A stretch of 64,000 nucleotides of DNA from Yuukianura sp. NJ FZ-2021 (taxonomy: Eukaryota), in NCBI GenBank assembly GCA_046563655.1, contig CM102283.1:9486001-9550000 (forward strand). Direction: 5' to 3'. This document shows positions 11,011 to 23,580 of the stretch, one piece after another; the stretch's first letter is position 1, and each line of letters starts with the position of its first letter. Both the position numbers and the translations under genes were made by a program. A model generated the notes under the pieces. It was not told where the DNA came from and did no database searches. It worked only from the letters and a program-made list of their open reading frames with translations.

Positions 11011-13405
11011 TCACATGAGATATCTATCCTGGAGAAGCGCATTGTAGTCTCCAAGTAGTTTGAGAGCGTTGTTTTTAACGTCTTCGTAGTTGGTTTCACT
11101 GCGTTTGACTTTGATGTAGGAGGCAAGTTCAAAATTACTTTGTTCGAGTGCCACCCATTTCTTCTCCAGACTCTTCAACTGGTTGTACACTTCGTTTCCA
11201 TGAAGGTCATTCTGAAAAACAACATATTTTGAAAATGAACTTCAACTGTTCAAAATTTTGAAAAACTTACTTCAACTTTGTCATGTTCTGCTTTGGTCGT
11301 TTTCAAAAGTTCAGCGACATGCTTCAGCTTTTCTTCCCACAGTTTGCGTTCTTTTTGGAGTCGAACTGTTTTCTCCGCTGCTTCTGCCTTGGCGCGATCA
11401 ATGTCTTGGAATTTTATCATTTCTTGCTTCATCTCCTCCATTCTGCCTTCCAATCCTTTAAGCTCAACTTGCAACTTCTCTTCCAAATTTTCAAACTGAA
11501 AAACGTTTTTTCAAAAATTTGGCTCATGATTTTCAAAATTTTGAGTTCCTGACCTCTTCCAGTTGTCGCTTGAGCGCCTCGTTCCGAACTTCGATCAACT
11601 CGGTAGTGAATTTGGCTTTGTCTGTTTCTTCCACTTTGTACTGCAAATCCTCTTCGAGCTCAGCAAAACTTTGACCGGCAACTCCGTTACTGCAAAAAGT
11701 CAAAACGTCAAAAAGTCAAAACGTCAAAAAAGTCAAAAATTTTACTCTGGTAAGGCTGATGACAGTTGGTAGTTTCGAGTAATTTTTTCCATGACGACCA
11801 TCACTTCTGATTCCAATTGCTTGATTGACTCCAATTCCTTGGCCTTCACCTCCTCAAAAGTTGACATGAAAGTGTCAATGTCATCTTCTCGTTTTTTCAA
11901 TTCACGAAACTTTTGTTGTCTCTCGGAATCATTTTCTTCAATTTCCTTTTGAAACAAAATTTCTAGTTTTTTCGAAAATTTTGAACTTTGATTTCTAAAA
12001 TAGTTAGTTTTTTAGAATGTCTTACTTGATCCAATGCCTTGAGTTCATTTTCGGCCAATCGGAGCTCGTCGTGCATTTCCGTGATTTGTCGTTCCAAAGT
12101 AGCGATTTCAGCGTTATCTGTTTTGACTTGCTGCAAAAGTCGTTCCCGCTCTTCTTCTGGCGTTTCCCGTGAAGACGTTTCTCTTAAAAGTTCGTCTCTT
12201 TTGGCCAAAACTTCCAAAAATTCTTCCTCTAAACCAGCCGCGCGACGGTTTAAATCCGAGTGACAGATTTTGGCATACATTTCATCACGACGAAAAGCAA
12301 GGTCATCGAACTGTGACTGCAGAAACAACATTTCTTCCTGCAGATGAACATTCTCTTCACGGATACCATCATACCTTTCAAAAAAGTTCAAAATTTTGAA
12401 AAAAAAGTTCAAATTTTAAAAATTTGAAAAGAACTCACTTTTCACGTAGAGAGTCGCTTAAAGTCTCCACGAGTCTATCCGACTTGGTTCTTTCAGTGTC
12501 AATTTTTTCTTCGAGTTCCAAAACCTGTTTTTCCGTTTCACGTCGCCGCGTGAAAATCGTTTCAATTTTCTGCGACAGAAGCTTGTTTTCGCGTATGATT
12601 TGCTTGAGTTCTTCCTCCACGTGACTTCGGTCTTTCCCACTCACAATAACGTCAGACAACAAGTTGTAGTCACTCAGCTCTCCTTGCATTTCTGAAAATT
12701 TTGAAAAAAATTTGAAATTTTTGAAATTTTGAACTTTTTTGAAATTTGAGAAGTACCTGATAGTTCTGCTGCCAATTCTTTGACTCTCTTTTCATAAGTG
12801 AGATACGTGGAATGTTCTTTCGATAGAGATTCAATTTGTGCCGTTAATTTGTGCACTTCGGTTGTAATTTCTCCCATTTTGGTATGAATTTGTCCAACGT
12901 AATATGTCTTGTCATGGACCATCCTCCGGTTGCCATAGCTTGTTCTCGTGGCAGTCCGTAGTCCAGAGACTCCCTGTTGAGTCACAGGGCGATCCATTAA
13001 GTTGACATGCGCATGGGCAGGAATTCCACTTGTACTGGCCGTCGGAGGTCGAGCTGTTCCGGTACGAAATGCTGCCGAACCTTGTCGCATCGAAGTGCCC
13101 GGACGAGCGGCTGATTGGAGCCGGGCGATCCGACTCATCGGTCTCTGCTGTTGATCACCCATACGACTGTCAGGACGCTAAAATTCAAAAAAAAAACTTT
13201 TTTTGAATTTTGAATTTCATAAAATTTTGAGTTTTTTTAGGTGCTTTACATTATCCCCCCGGGCGAATACTGGTCCTCCGTTGGCTCTTCTGGACAATGG
13301 TCTGTTGGCTCCAAATGGTCTGCCGTCACCAGACTCCGTGATGGCCGTGGGTGGTCGGTTGGTCGCCGGTGCTGCGTCGTCAGCCATGTCCAATTCAAAT
13401 GACAT
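11011..13405 (-). CDS. IFT74: Intraflagellar transport protein 74 (IFT-B)
   Basis: Basic N-terminus with RPPTA/RPMSR/RPGTS repeats, DRPVTQQGVSGL, VHDKTYY, QGELSDYNLL, long coiled coils, C-terminal LEKKW...YNALL. Stop at 11011. Start could be 13405 or 13387. Confidence 0.93.
11693..11739. repeat. Intronic tandem repeat of about 8 bp (CAAAAAGT/CAAAACGT)
   Basis: caaaaagt caaaacgt caaaaagt caaaacgt caaaaaagt caaaaa in an IFT74 intron. Confidence 0.8.
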
Positions 13406-13485
13406 CCGTCACTTACCAAATCCTGAAAATTGCAACTCTTCTGCCAAAATCTTACTATTAGTTTGTTTGTATTCTGGAGCACTCG

Positions 13486-13499
13486 GTTGCCATGGCAAC
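13486..13499. promoter_or_regulatory. RFX X-box in the IFT74 promoter
   Basis: Perfect palindrome GTTGCCATGGCAAC, extendable to CGGTTGCCATGGCAACCG, about 80-100 bp upstream of the IFT74 ATG. This is the canonical ciliary-gene element. Confidence 0.9.
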
Positions 13500-14045
13500 C
13501 GGCCGTCCTCACTTTCATATCCTACATGTACTAAAAAAATTTTTTCTTGTAGTAATGCTCCCGTATTTCATATTTCCCAGTATTTCCCACTCTCAAAAAA
13601 TTATACATTTCCCAGGACGGTAAATATCAGTATTTCCCACATACCATGCTCGAACCCTGAATTAGACTAATAATAACTTACTTTTAATAAATCTCAAAAT
13701 GGACGTGTATTTCCCTTAGAATACTCTACTCCAGTAAATTTTAACACTGCTAAAGTAGTTAACTTAATTGAATTGATTACCTAAATTAAACTAAATTCAG
13801 TACAACTTTGGGCGTGTGAAATTAAGCACATTGTCCACTCAATCAAACACTCATTCCTACACCCTAAAATTTTAGTAGAGTAGGCAGTAGCAGCTTAGTA
13901 AATCAAATGAACATCAAAACTTAATCTAAAACTGAACAAAACAAAAGTTAACTTTAAGCTTCCAAAATTAATTCTACTTGCCACAAAATGCTTGGTTTTG
14001 TTCGATATTTTCCCTGCGTGATACTTGAGTTGTGCTGGATATTGT

Positions 14046-17000
14046 TCAGAAGTCGTCGTACTTGGGTTGATTTGGATTGCCTTGATGCTGTCCAGGACGA
14101 TCTCTCTTGATACCTTCACAAGAGGGACAGGAGGAAACAAATTAGGTTAGGTTTTACAAATTTCTCATCAAAAACTCCTAATTTCCTATCAAGACACTTA
14201 AGTTTTTGCTAAATCAGTGGAAAATCTTAAGTTTCTGTTAAATGAGTGAAATGGAATGAACCGGACATTAATAAAAAGTAAAGAGCAAAACACAAATTTT
14301 AACTACAGAAGAGAAATTAACTTAAAATTGAAGCACAAAAAGCTGGACTAAAGTTCAAACCCACCCACTCTCTTAACATTTGACTTCACAAGTACAAAAA
14401 TACTTTGGTAGGAAAAGAAGTCAACCCAAATAGTTATCCAAAAACATTAAACTTAGTTTGATTAATGAATTACGGTGAATTTCACAATTCACCGTATCAC
14501 ATTGCCCCATCAACTAACACTTCAATATACATCGATAAATGGCGAAAAAAGAAAAGAATTGAACTAAAGAAGGACAAAGAGACAAGTAAAGTAGAGCTTC
14601 TTGAAATAGACAACAATTACAATTAATAGAAAAAAGGAAATAAATGTGCATAAAATATAGAAACAAAATCAAAACTAAATTAACTAATTGAACCTAACAA
14701 AATAAAAGCCTACTGCAAACTTAATTACATTCTAAAATATTTCAGAGTGTCTGTGTCAGTGTGTGTGGTGGCTCAGAAGTGGAAATATTCATGGATTATT
14801 ATCAGAGGACAGTTTCTTACGACGGCAAAGACGTTTGTGCTCCTTGGTCCAATGGTACTGTTGACAACCCGTTGAGCAGTATGCTGCAAGTATTCAGAGT
14901 TTCATCAGCATTTCCATTTCAAAAGTTAAAAAGTGTGTAAAAAGTTATAAAGTTAAAAAGTATGCATACCTGTGTTCCAGCAGCAGTGGTAAATCGCCTC
15001 ACGCTCACAGTTGAAGCACTACAAAATTAAAACATAAAACAGAATTGAACGTTTAGACGTCTAAGTATTACTGCTAATTATTACTTTTGTTAATTAGTAA
15101 ATTGTGATTAACTCTCACCCATTGCTTCCTCTTGGTAGCTGAAATGTCATTTACATAGCGATCATTCATTTTCTCTTTGTACTTCTCCAGGACAGAGTTC
15201 ACGTTCTCTCCAAAGTCAACTTTCTTGGAATCCTCAATGCACGGCTCAGTTGACGAAACGACGTTTTCAGTCACCTTCTCCTTCTCTTTCTCCAGCGATT
15301 CCTAAAAGCATCAAAATCAAAAGGTTTTGTTTAAGTTTTCGAATTCAAAATTTGTCAAAATTTTGAAATTTTTAGAATTTGTGTTATTACATCTGCACGC
15401 ACTGGCTTAGTCTCAGACACATCCAGATTGTTGGCTTGACGCAACTCCGTCTCAAATTCAGTGAATAGATCTGCCATCCCAGTAGGAGCTTTACCGCGAT
15501 AGCCAAGGTCCTGTCAAAATCAAAAACAAACATTCATAAAATTTTGAAAAAAAAAAAAGGTTTCTTCAAAAACTTTCGAAAAGTTTGTTTACTTACCAAA
15601 GCTGGTTGACTGTCTGAAGCTCCTGGGGTAGAATCAGATGCCTTGTTCGGTGTAGCAGGATTCTTCTTCAACGTAGAAATTCCATTGCTTTGTGCTGGAC
15701 TTGGTTTGGTAGCACTTTTTGGAGTGACTGGAACTTTTGGAGTGATCGACGGTCGCCCTTTGGGAGTCTTGGCTTCTGCTGGTTTTGGAGAGTCAACTTT
15801 ACGTCGTTTAGGAGGCTGAACGTCATCTTTGTCTTTTCCGAGACTTGCACGAGCGGAGGATGCTAAACAAACACATTTTTTTTAAAGAAAAAGTGGAACT
15901 ATTTCGTTAAAAATTCGTTAGCTTACGTTTAGCTTTTGGAGTGGCGCCTTTGCCATGTCGAGGTGGCAAAGTGTCGGCAAGAGATGGATCCTTCTGAATA
16001 GCGAGAAAGTGTTGGAGCTCATCATAAGCTTCGGTCCAGGCAGCAGTCTTACGGACTTTCAATGTGTTCAAAGCAGTGTCAATCGGCAGAATGTGTTTGG
16101 CATCAACATTTCCGCGGTCATAGTTTCCGCCAAAATAGCGAACGTCGTATTTGCTCCCATCCTTCCGCATCACCTACACAGTCAAGGTCAAAGGTCATCA
16201 ATCAGAACTAAGCTTAACTGAACTTAAAGTTAACAAGTTAGCTTTTACCTTTGCAGGCCAGAAGGGATATCCGGTCTGTTTAGCCCAGACAACTTCGTGT
16301 GGGTTATGACAAGGCAAGCAAAACCACCAGGAATGATCTTTTTCATTTGATCGTCGAAAACAATCGTGGCAAAGCAAGATTTCCTAAAGAAAAAGAAGTT
16401 CAAATGATATGTTTTCTTAAAAATTAAGTGAATTAATTAAGTAATTTACTTTGTTAATTAGTTGACTTACATTGATGTCGTGAGTGACGTCACGTATGAA
16501 GGAAGCACCAATTCCACTGCCCTTGACCAGATCCGACCCAAAATAGCATCCAACTGCATGGAAAAGTGTTTCACAGTCAACTTGGAATTCTTCAATGCTC
16601 GTGTATCTACAAATCACAAAACAAAGTGTTCAAATTGTTATCAGGAGTGTCCAGACATAAATGTTAGGAGAATGACATAGTAAGAACAAAGTACTTTGAC
16701 TCAGCAGCCTTTTCAGAAATGATGGTCATGTCCATTGGTTCGTATACGAGGTAGTTCAACCTCCAGTGCTCCTTGGCGGATCTGTTTGTAGCCACGGCCC
16801 ACACTTTCCCATCAAAATTCTCGAGCGTGGTGATTTGCTGGAAGATTTTTAAGTTTTTGTAAAGTTAAGATAAAGAATCTTAAGATTTGGTTATCACAAT
16901 GACCTCAAACTTACCCAATCCTTGATTCGGTCACAGATATAAGACAGAAGTATGTTCAATTGCTTTGGTTTCAAATTCAACTTCTCAGCGGCTGGTTTGG

Positions 17001-17837
17001 TTGACTTAATCTAGAAAAAGTAATTGAAATAAGACGATGACAGTTGATAGGTTTAACACTGATGCTTACATGACACTGTGGACAAACGAAGAGGTCTTGT
17101 TGCGGCTTCCTTTCGTCGTCGAGACAGTCCATGTGGAATACGCGCGGACAGTCTTCGCAGCACACCATGTCACCCCCCTTGTGACACTTGAAACAGTACC
17201 AATCATGGTCCCCTTTGTCCGTATACTCCGGATCTAAAAATCACCATTCATGTTAAAGTGCCCTTAATTACTATAGTTGGGGCAACCAAAATAGACCCAA
17301 GTTTTTCTAGAGGATACTCGCACTCACGCCCTTCTCCAACTGGCACCCGCTTCTCCACTCAACTCCAAAATGAACCTCCCATCTAAGAAGAGACTGCCAC
17401 AAGCTTTACAGAGGTGTGAGTGCGAGTATCCTCTAGAAAAACTTGGGTCTATTTTGGTTGCCCCAACTATAATGCTTTTTGTTTAGATTTCTCCAATAAT
17501 TTTACAAATCTATACAGTTAGAAATCTATACAATTAGCAGTACCAGGTAGCGAGTATGTGTCCGACTTGTTCTTGACTTCTTCGCATTTGATTAGCCCAT
17601 CAGCGACTGCCGACTTCAAATCAGTGATCAATTCGTCTGTAAACAAAAATGAAGTCATTTTAGGGTTCCCGCAAGGAATGAATAGGAATGTTATTGACTG
17701 GGGTTACCTTTGGATATGTTATGAAGTGCAGCAGCAATGGAAATCATCTTTTCAGTGTCAAGTACTGATCCCGCTGCAGCATGTTCAATGCAATCCCAGA
17801 GCTGGTGGACTCGAATGGGCAACGTACGTCGTGGCAT
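14046..17837 (-). CDS. ZMYND11: ZMYND11/BS69-like chromatin reader (winged helix-PHD-bromo-PWWP-MYND)
   Basis: ATG 17837 (MPRRT...HQLWDCIE...AVADGLI), PHD (HDWYCFKCH...CEDCPRVFH), bromo (YEPMDM, YTSIEEF), PWWP (VVWAKQTGYPFWPAK, DVRYFG), MYND ([29 protein letters not shown]). Two possible stops: 14789 or 14046. Confidence 0.9.
17274..17469. mobile_element. MITE, Tc1/mariner-like, 196 bp, with 54-bp perfect TIRs and TA target duplication
   Basis: 17274-17327 (TAGTTGGGGCAACCAAAATAGACCCAAG...CACTCAC) is the exact reverse complement of 17416-17469. Flanked by TA at 17272-17273 and 17470-17471. Lies in a ZMYND11 intron. Confidence 0.9.
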
Positions 17838-19395
17838 CGTTTCAGTGTGGTAGCTGCTTTGTTTCTCTGTAGGTAACAAGTTTAACAACTGTTTTATAGC
17901 AATCCGGATTCCGAAATAAATACGAAAGGTGGGAAAGTAAAAAGAGATGAATACAACAAGGAAACGAAAGCAAAACAGAAAGTGTACTTACCAGCCAATA
18001 TATCCAATATGGGCTAACCTCCTCTAGGAGTAGGAGAGGATGATATTTGTTCGAACGTCTTCTGGAGAATCTAAGCAAAAACAGCGATGAATAGTTAGAT
18101 TAATTAGAAAATGGAGGCTTTACCGAAAGTAAACCAATTGAAGCGGATTAGTGAAGGACGTTAGATTACCAAACAGCAAGTTGTTGTGTAGAACATAGAA
18201 AAGGAGACGAAAAAGTAGAGTAAAAAAAAGCATAGGGATTCTCGCAGTTGAGATGAGAAAGGAGCTAAAAAAGACACGAAAAGAAAAAAAGCCGCCCGCC
18301 CGACAAGCACAAATGTCAATTTCTCCGCCCCTGGATTTTAGAAACGGGTTTCCAGTATAACTTCCACACTAAATTCTAACGCTTACTTAATCTAATATTC
18401 TAACTAATTTCAAGTTTTGGTTATTGATATTCGTTGTAAGCAAACTGGTTTTAACTCTACTTGTAACCTGATTAATTTAAATTCATACTTTATTGTTAAC
18501 CTTCGCCCTCGATAATAAATTTAAATGAATTACTAAAGTGTTAAGTTTTTGGTTTTTGATATGCATAGTCATCAACCGATTCTGATTAAATTTGTAAAGT
18601 GATCAATCTAACTTCATAACTGCTTAGTTTTGCTTTAAATGACTCTTATTAGCGTTTCGATGAGGAATTTGATGTCGGTTTCTGATGTCGAACCGAAAAG
18701 CACAAATGTTAGTTAGGAGGTGGGGATGGGTGCGCTTTTACACACATTCGACGGTACGGACAAAACATAATTTAGAGTTGTGTGCAAAATTTTAACGGAA
18801 CAGGAAAGGTCATTTAAAAGGAACAAAGAAAAGGCATATTAAAATGATTAAAATAAAGATTAAGGTGAAGATTCCATTGATTAACATGTAGTTGCTTGCA
18901 ATAAATTAGACGAAATTATCGCACTTAGCAAAGATGAAACCTTAATAATTTGATAATGCCTATGCTAAGTTCCAAGAATTTGTGCACAACTATTGATCGA
19001 AACTTATAAAATTAAAATATTTTTTTCATGAACAAGTGAGCGGAATTATTCAATCTCTCACTTCAAAAAAGTTAGCAAAATAAAGTTTTGACAAAAATTT
19101 CACAATTTTGTAGTGTTTTTATAAGTTGAAATTCCAGATTCTCTATTATAAAACAACCAGTTATATAAAACAACCGATTGATTCATTAGCTAACTTCATT
19201 CATTTCCTGTGTTTTAAGTACATCCAGTTTTTGGGTTTCGTAAGGTTTTTAAGGTAATTGAACTAAGAAAGGAGAACGCTGACATTTCAGGCAAAAAAAT
19301 TAACACGTTCAATTTTATCGTTTCAATTCCAGGAAGCACGATTTCGGTTCGGTTGGATAAGATTGACGGACGATTCAGGCCGATTCAGCTTCAGT

Positions 19396-22300
19396 ATGGG
19401 ACAACAAGGAGAATTGGACATCCAGACTTTGCTGAACGCTATACAAACGCTTTACTTAGATTCTAAAGGAATTTCTTCAAATGAGAAGCAAGCGGCTTCG
19501 GCATACTTAGAAGAATTTCAGAAATCGGTAAGCTTATAACGATTGCCAAGAACTTCTGATTGGGCGGTATAAAGTTACATTAACTTGTGTTTATGTTTGT
19601 TAGCCTGCGGCATGGACGTTGGCTGATCAGCTACTGTATCAAGGTCAAGATCTCAACACTCGATATTTTGGGGCACAAACGATGAGGACAAAGATTCAGG
19701 TTGGATAAGCTGGAAATTAAGTTATGGAACTTCGTTGTTCAAGTGTTTACTGTATATTATGTTGTTTTTTGCTTTTCAGAATTCGTTTCATGAACTGCCG
19801 CCTGATACCCATCTTCCTCTCCGTGATTCGCTACTTCAGCATATAACAAACATTTCTTCAGCTACAGAACTCTCAATTGTAAATCAGGTAACGGTAACAC
19901 ATATAGTACTAATGCTGTACTGCATAAACTTATCCTAATGATACACAAACTTCTGTTCACAGCTGTGCTTGGGAGTAGCCCAAATGGTTCTTCAGTCCAC
20001 ATCTTGGGCAGATCCTTATGCCCAACTCCTTCATCTCTTCGGACAAGATGGAAGACATTGGTGGCCATTGCTGGAAATACTGAGCTTTATACCCGAAGAA
20101 GTCTATTCCAGGAAGCTTCATTTGGGAGACAACAGAAGAAAACAAATACTGAATCAGCTGAAGGATGCTGCTCCTTTAGTTTTGTCTTTTATCAAACAAG
20201 TTAGTTTTAAAACTGCCACATTTCACTAATAAGCAACTCTCACTTTCACTTTTACTTTTTAGTGTCTGGGTGCAGCCAAGAGCGGTGCACTGGCCTCCGT
20301 TGGAGCTCCAATAGAACTGATTAGTACGGGTGTTCTCAACTGCTACAAATCCTGGATACGCATGAATCCGGAAGTTTTCTGCAGCGATCGTCCTAGTGAA
20401 ATCCTGGATTTTGCGATAAGACAATTACAAAGTGGACGAGTGAGTTACTTTTCTTCATACTAAGCACATAACTAAATGGTCATAGTATTTAGTTCTAATA
20501 TGTTTGTGTTCGTTTCAGTGTGGGATGCGGATGCACTGTGTAGCCATGGACAGTATCTGTTCTCTCATTGAAGTCCTTCCAGAACTGGAGTCCAAGTCCA
20601 GAGTCAACAACAATTCAGCCATTGAACTGAACAGCATACAAGTTGACCTGTTCAATGCAGTGTTGTCCTTTGAAGAGGCCTACCATAACTCAGTTGGGGA
20701 TGAAGATCATGAAAAGTAAGACTTCACATGTCATGTGTTACTAAAATCAGCTGTTAATGTTGAAATGACTTCCAGGACTTTAAACTACGCCAGAATATTT
20801 ACTGAATATGGAGAAAGTATGATTGACTATATGTTGAAAAGCTGGAGGTCACCGCATTACTCTCTACGTGCAATCGATCTTGTCTTGGTGTGTGGCGGAC
20901 ATCATGACTACGAGGTAAGTCAGTACTAATTGTAAAAAGCTCTGCAACATAAGCTACTTCGATGCAAAACGATTTTTTTTTATCTTTAGATCACCGAAAT
21001 TACATTCTCATTCTGGTATCGACTGGGAGACGAATTGTATCACGCTCATGACGAATCTTTGAATATGCTTTTTCGACCTTATGTAGTCAGATTCATCCAT
21101 TCTGTCTTTAGTCACTGTGCTCTCGACGAAGATCACGTAAGTAGAAGCAAGTCCGTTGTTATTCGGTAAAAATTTATCATTGTCTATGTAATCTTCACAG
21201 GAAGAACCACTCAGTTCGAACGATGAGTTTTACGATTTCCGGAGAAGAGCTGCTGAGCTTGTACAGGATCTTCTTTTTGTCGTGGGAAGCTCCGTGGCGT
21301 TCCATGAGTTAGGAATTCAGCTGATGAGACCAAATACTGGATGGCATTTGCAAGAGGCAGCCCTGCATCTCCTCCATGCCGTTTCGAAAACTACTGATCC
21401 GTAAGTACTTGTCCAGTATCGTCGCAATACTTTCAGAAGAATTCTTGTTTTGCTCTTCTAACTTAAAAATTTGTCGTTTTCAGGACGAATACGGAAGTGG
21501 TGGAACCAATCATCGCCACTGTTTTGAGTTGGAACAACTTTCGACAACCAATGCTAAGGATCTCAGCTGTTCGTTTCGTTGGAGGCATGGCGCCTTGGTT
21601 TAGTAATCACAGTGAGGAGTACTTGGTCAACGCCCTCACGTTTCTAGCCAGTGCACTGGAGGATCCCAAGATATCGAGTACTGCCGGCACAGCGCTATTT
21701 GTAAGTCTGCGTTTAGTGAATCCATGTCGTGATGTCGTCTAAACCGAAATCGAAGCCGCTCTCCATTTTGTTATATAGAATGTATGCCAAGTTTGCGCAA
21801 ACCGAATTGCTCCGAAACATCTTCACAGTCTCCTCGGCTTACTCGAGCACATTGATCGGCACAACACGGACAACGAAGCAGTCGTGGGTCTTCTCCGAGG
21901 TATGCAATAGCATGATTCTTATGCACTTTAGGTTAACTTTTGATTGCTGTGTTTTAGGTGTGGGTCACGTGATTACAACTCTGCCGAATCAAGAGTTCTC
22001 AAACGCAGTAAGGAAAGTGTGCTGGGCACAATTGCAACCACTGGATCAACTTCTCAATGTACAAAAAAACGATTTCTGGAATTTGACGATCTTTGTACTG
22101 ATATTTGGATGTTTTTGTGTAGAATTCCAATGAAAACGGAGATACAAAAGGGAAAAACTGCAAGAATGATCCGACGTACTGGTTGGATCGACTGACAGCA
22201 GTTTTTCGAAGTACGGGCGTCAACACGAAAGATGGACAGCCCCACCCCTGTGTTGCTGCGATTTGTGAAGATGCTTGGCCGGTGCTCTCTCGAGTTTGTG

Positions 22301-23580
22301 ATAGGTATCAATCAGATCCCAGAATTATGGAGCGAGTATGTCGATGTCTTCGGTACGCCATTCGCGCTGTTGGGAAGCACTCTCATCCTGTACTTCCAGC
22401 ACTTGTAACTCAGGTATGCTTACAAAGTTTATCAAAGTCTGTTTTTCAAGTTTCAAGTTTCGCATTGTAATGAGAATGACCATGTTAACTTTTTTTTTGA
22501 AGTTGGTCAACATGTATCAGCAACATCACCATAGTTGCTTCCTTTATGTTGGATCTATATTGGTTGACGAGTATGGCGAAGAACCGCAGTGTGTTGAAGG
22601 ACTTTTAAGTATGCTGGAAGCATTCTTCACACCTACATTTCAACTCCTTTCGGAACCAGACGGGCTTAAGAACAATCCAGATACGGTTGATGACTTTTTT
22701 AGGCTGTGTTCAAGGTCAGTAACAAAAATGTTGAGCTTCTCAAGATTTAATGCGCAGTATAACCGTTGTTTTGTTTATTGTTTCAGATATATACAGCGAT
22801 GTCCACTACAATTTTTGAAATCTGGAGTTCTGCTGAACATTCTGAGGTTGAGTCTTGAAGGAATTCATTTGGACCATCGAGAGGCCAATTCGTCAGTTTT
22901 TAAGTTTTTGTACGAAATGGTCCACCAGGCACGTCGTGAAAAGGTAAAAAACTTGTCAAAAATTGTCCTAGAAGGAACTTTGGAACTTTACCATCTAAAT
23001 GCATGTTTTTTCAGGAGAATGACATAGATTTGCCAGCTACGAGGGAACACGTTCGATATTTATTACTGCAACATGGTTTGCAATTAGTTCAATCCTGTAC
23101 CACTGCAGTTGTGTTTAGTTTACCATCAGCTCTCACACTCGGAGCTTGCGATTTCTTTTATGAGACCAAAGAGTTCCTTCCTTCCGTAAGTTTCGAAATT
23201 ATGAGTTATGAATTGAGATTTTTCGAAATCTATTTGTCTATTTTGCTTATTTTAAGGAATTTTCCATGTGGTTCGAGGCTGCTATAAAGAATTTACCGAA
23301 TCAGTCATCTGCTAGAAGCACTCCGTTTGTGACTATTGACCAACTCAGTGATTTCCATAAACAAGTGATGAGGTAAGTTTCGCAAGCTGCAAAAAAATGA
23401 ATGAATTGGACAGTGTCTTGTTGAAATTGACGTCAATTGAATTTTTTAAAGTTGAATTGAACGATTGTTCACTCGATAAGTTCAGCATTTGACTTTAATG
23501 TTTTGTTTTTCCATAATAGTTCAACTGGGCCAAAGGAAATGTCGAGATACTTCAAGGATTTCTGCCGACTTTATCGATAA
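19396..23580 (+). CDS. TNPO3: Transportin-3 / Transportin-SR (importin-beta family)
   Basis: ATG 19396. Motifs YLEEFQKS..AW, YFGAQTMRTKIQ, SFHELP, LRDSLL, ITFSFWYRL, RIMERVCRCLRYAIR, HSCFLYVGSILVDEYG, NPDTVDDFFRL, LDHREAN, and C-terminal DFCRLYR*. Many short GT-AG introns. Confidence 0.95.
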
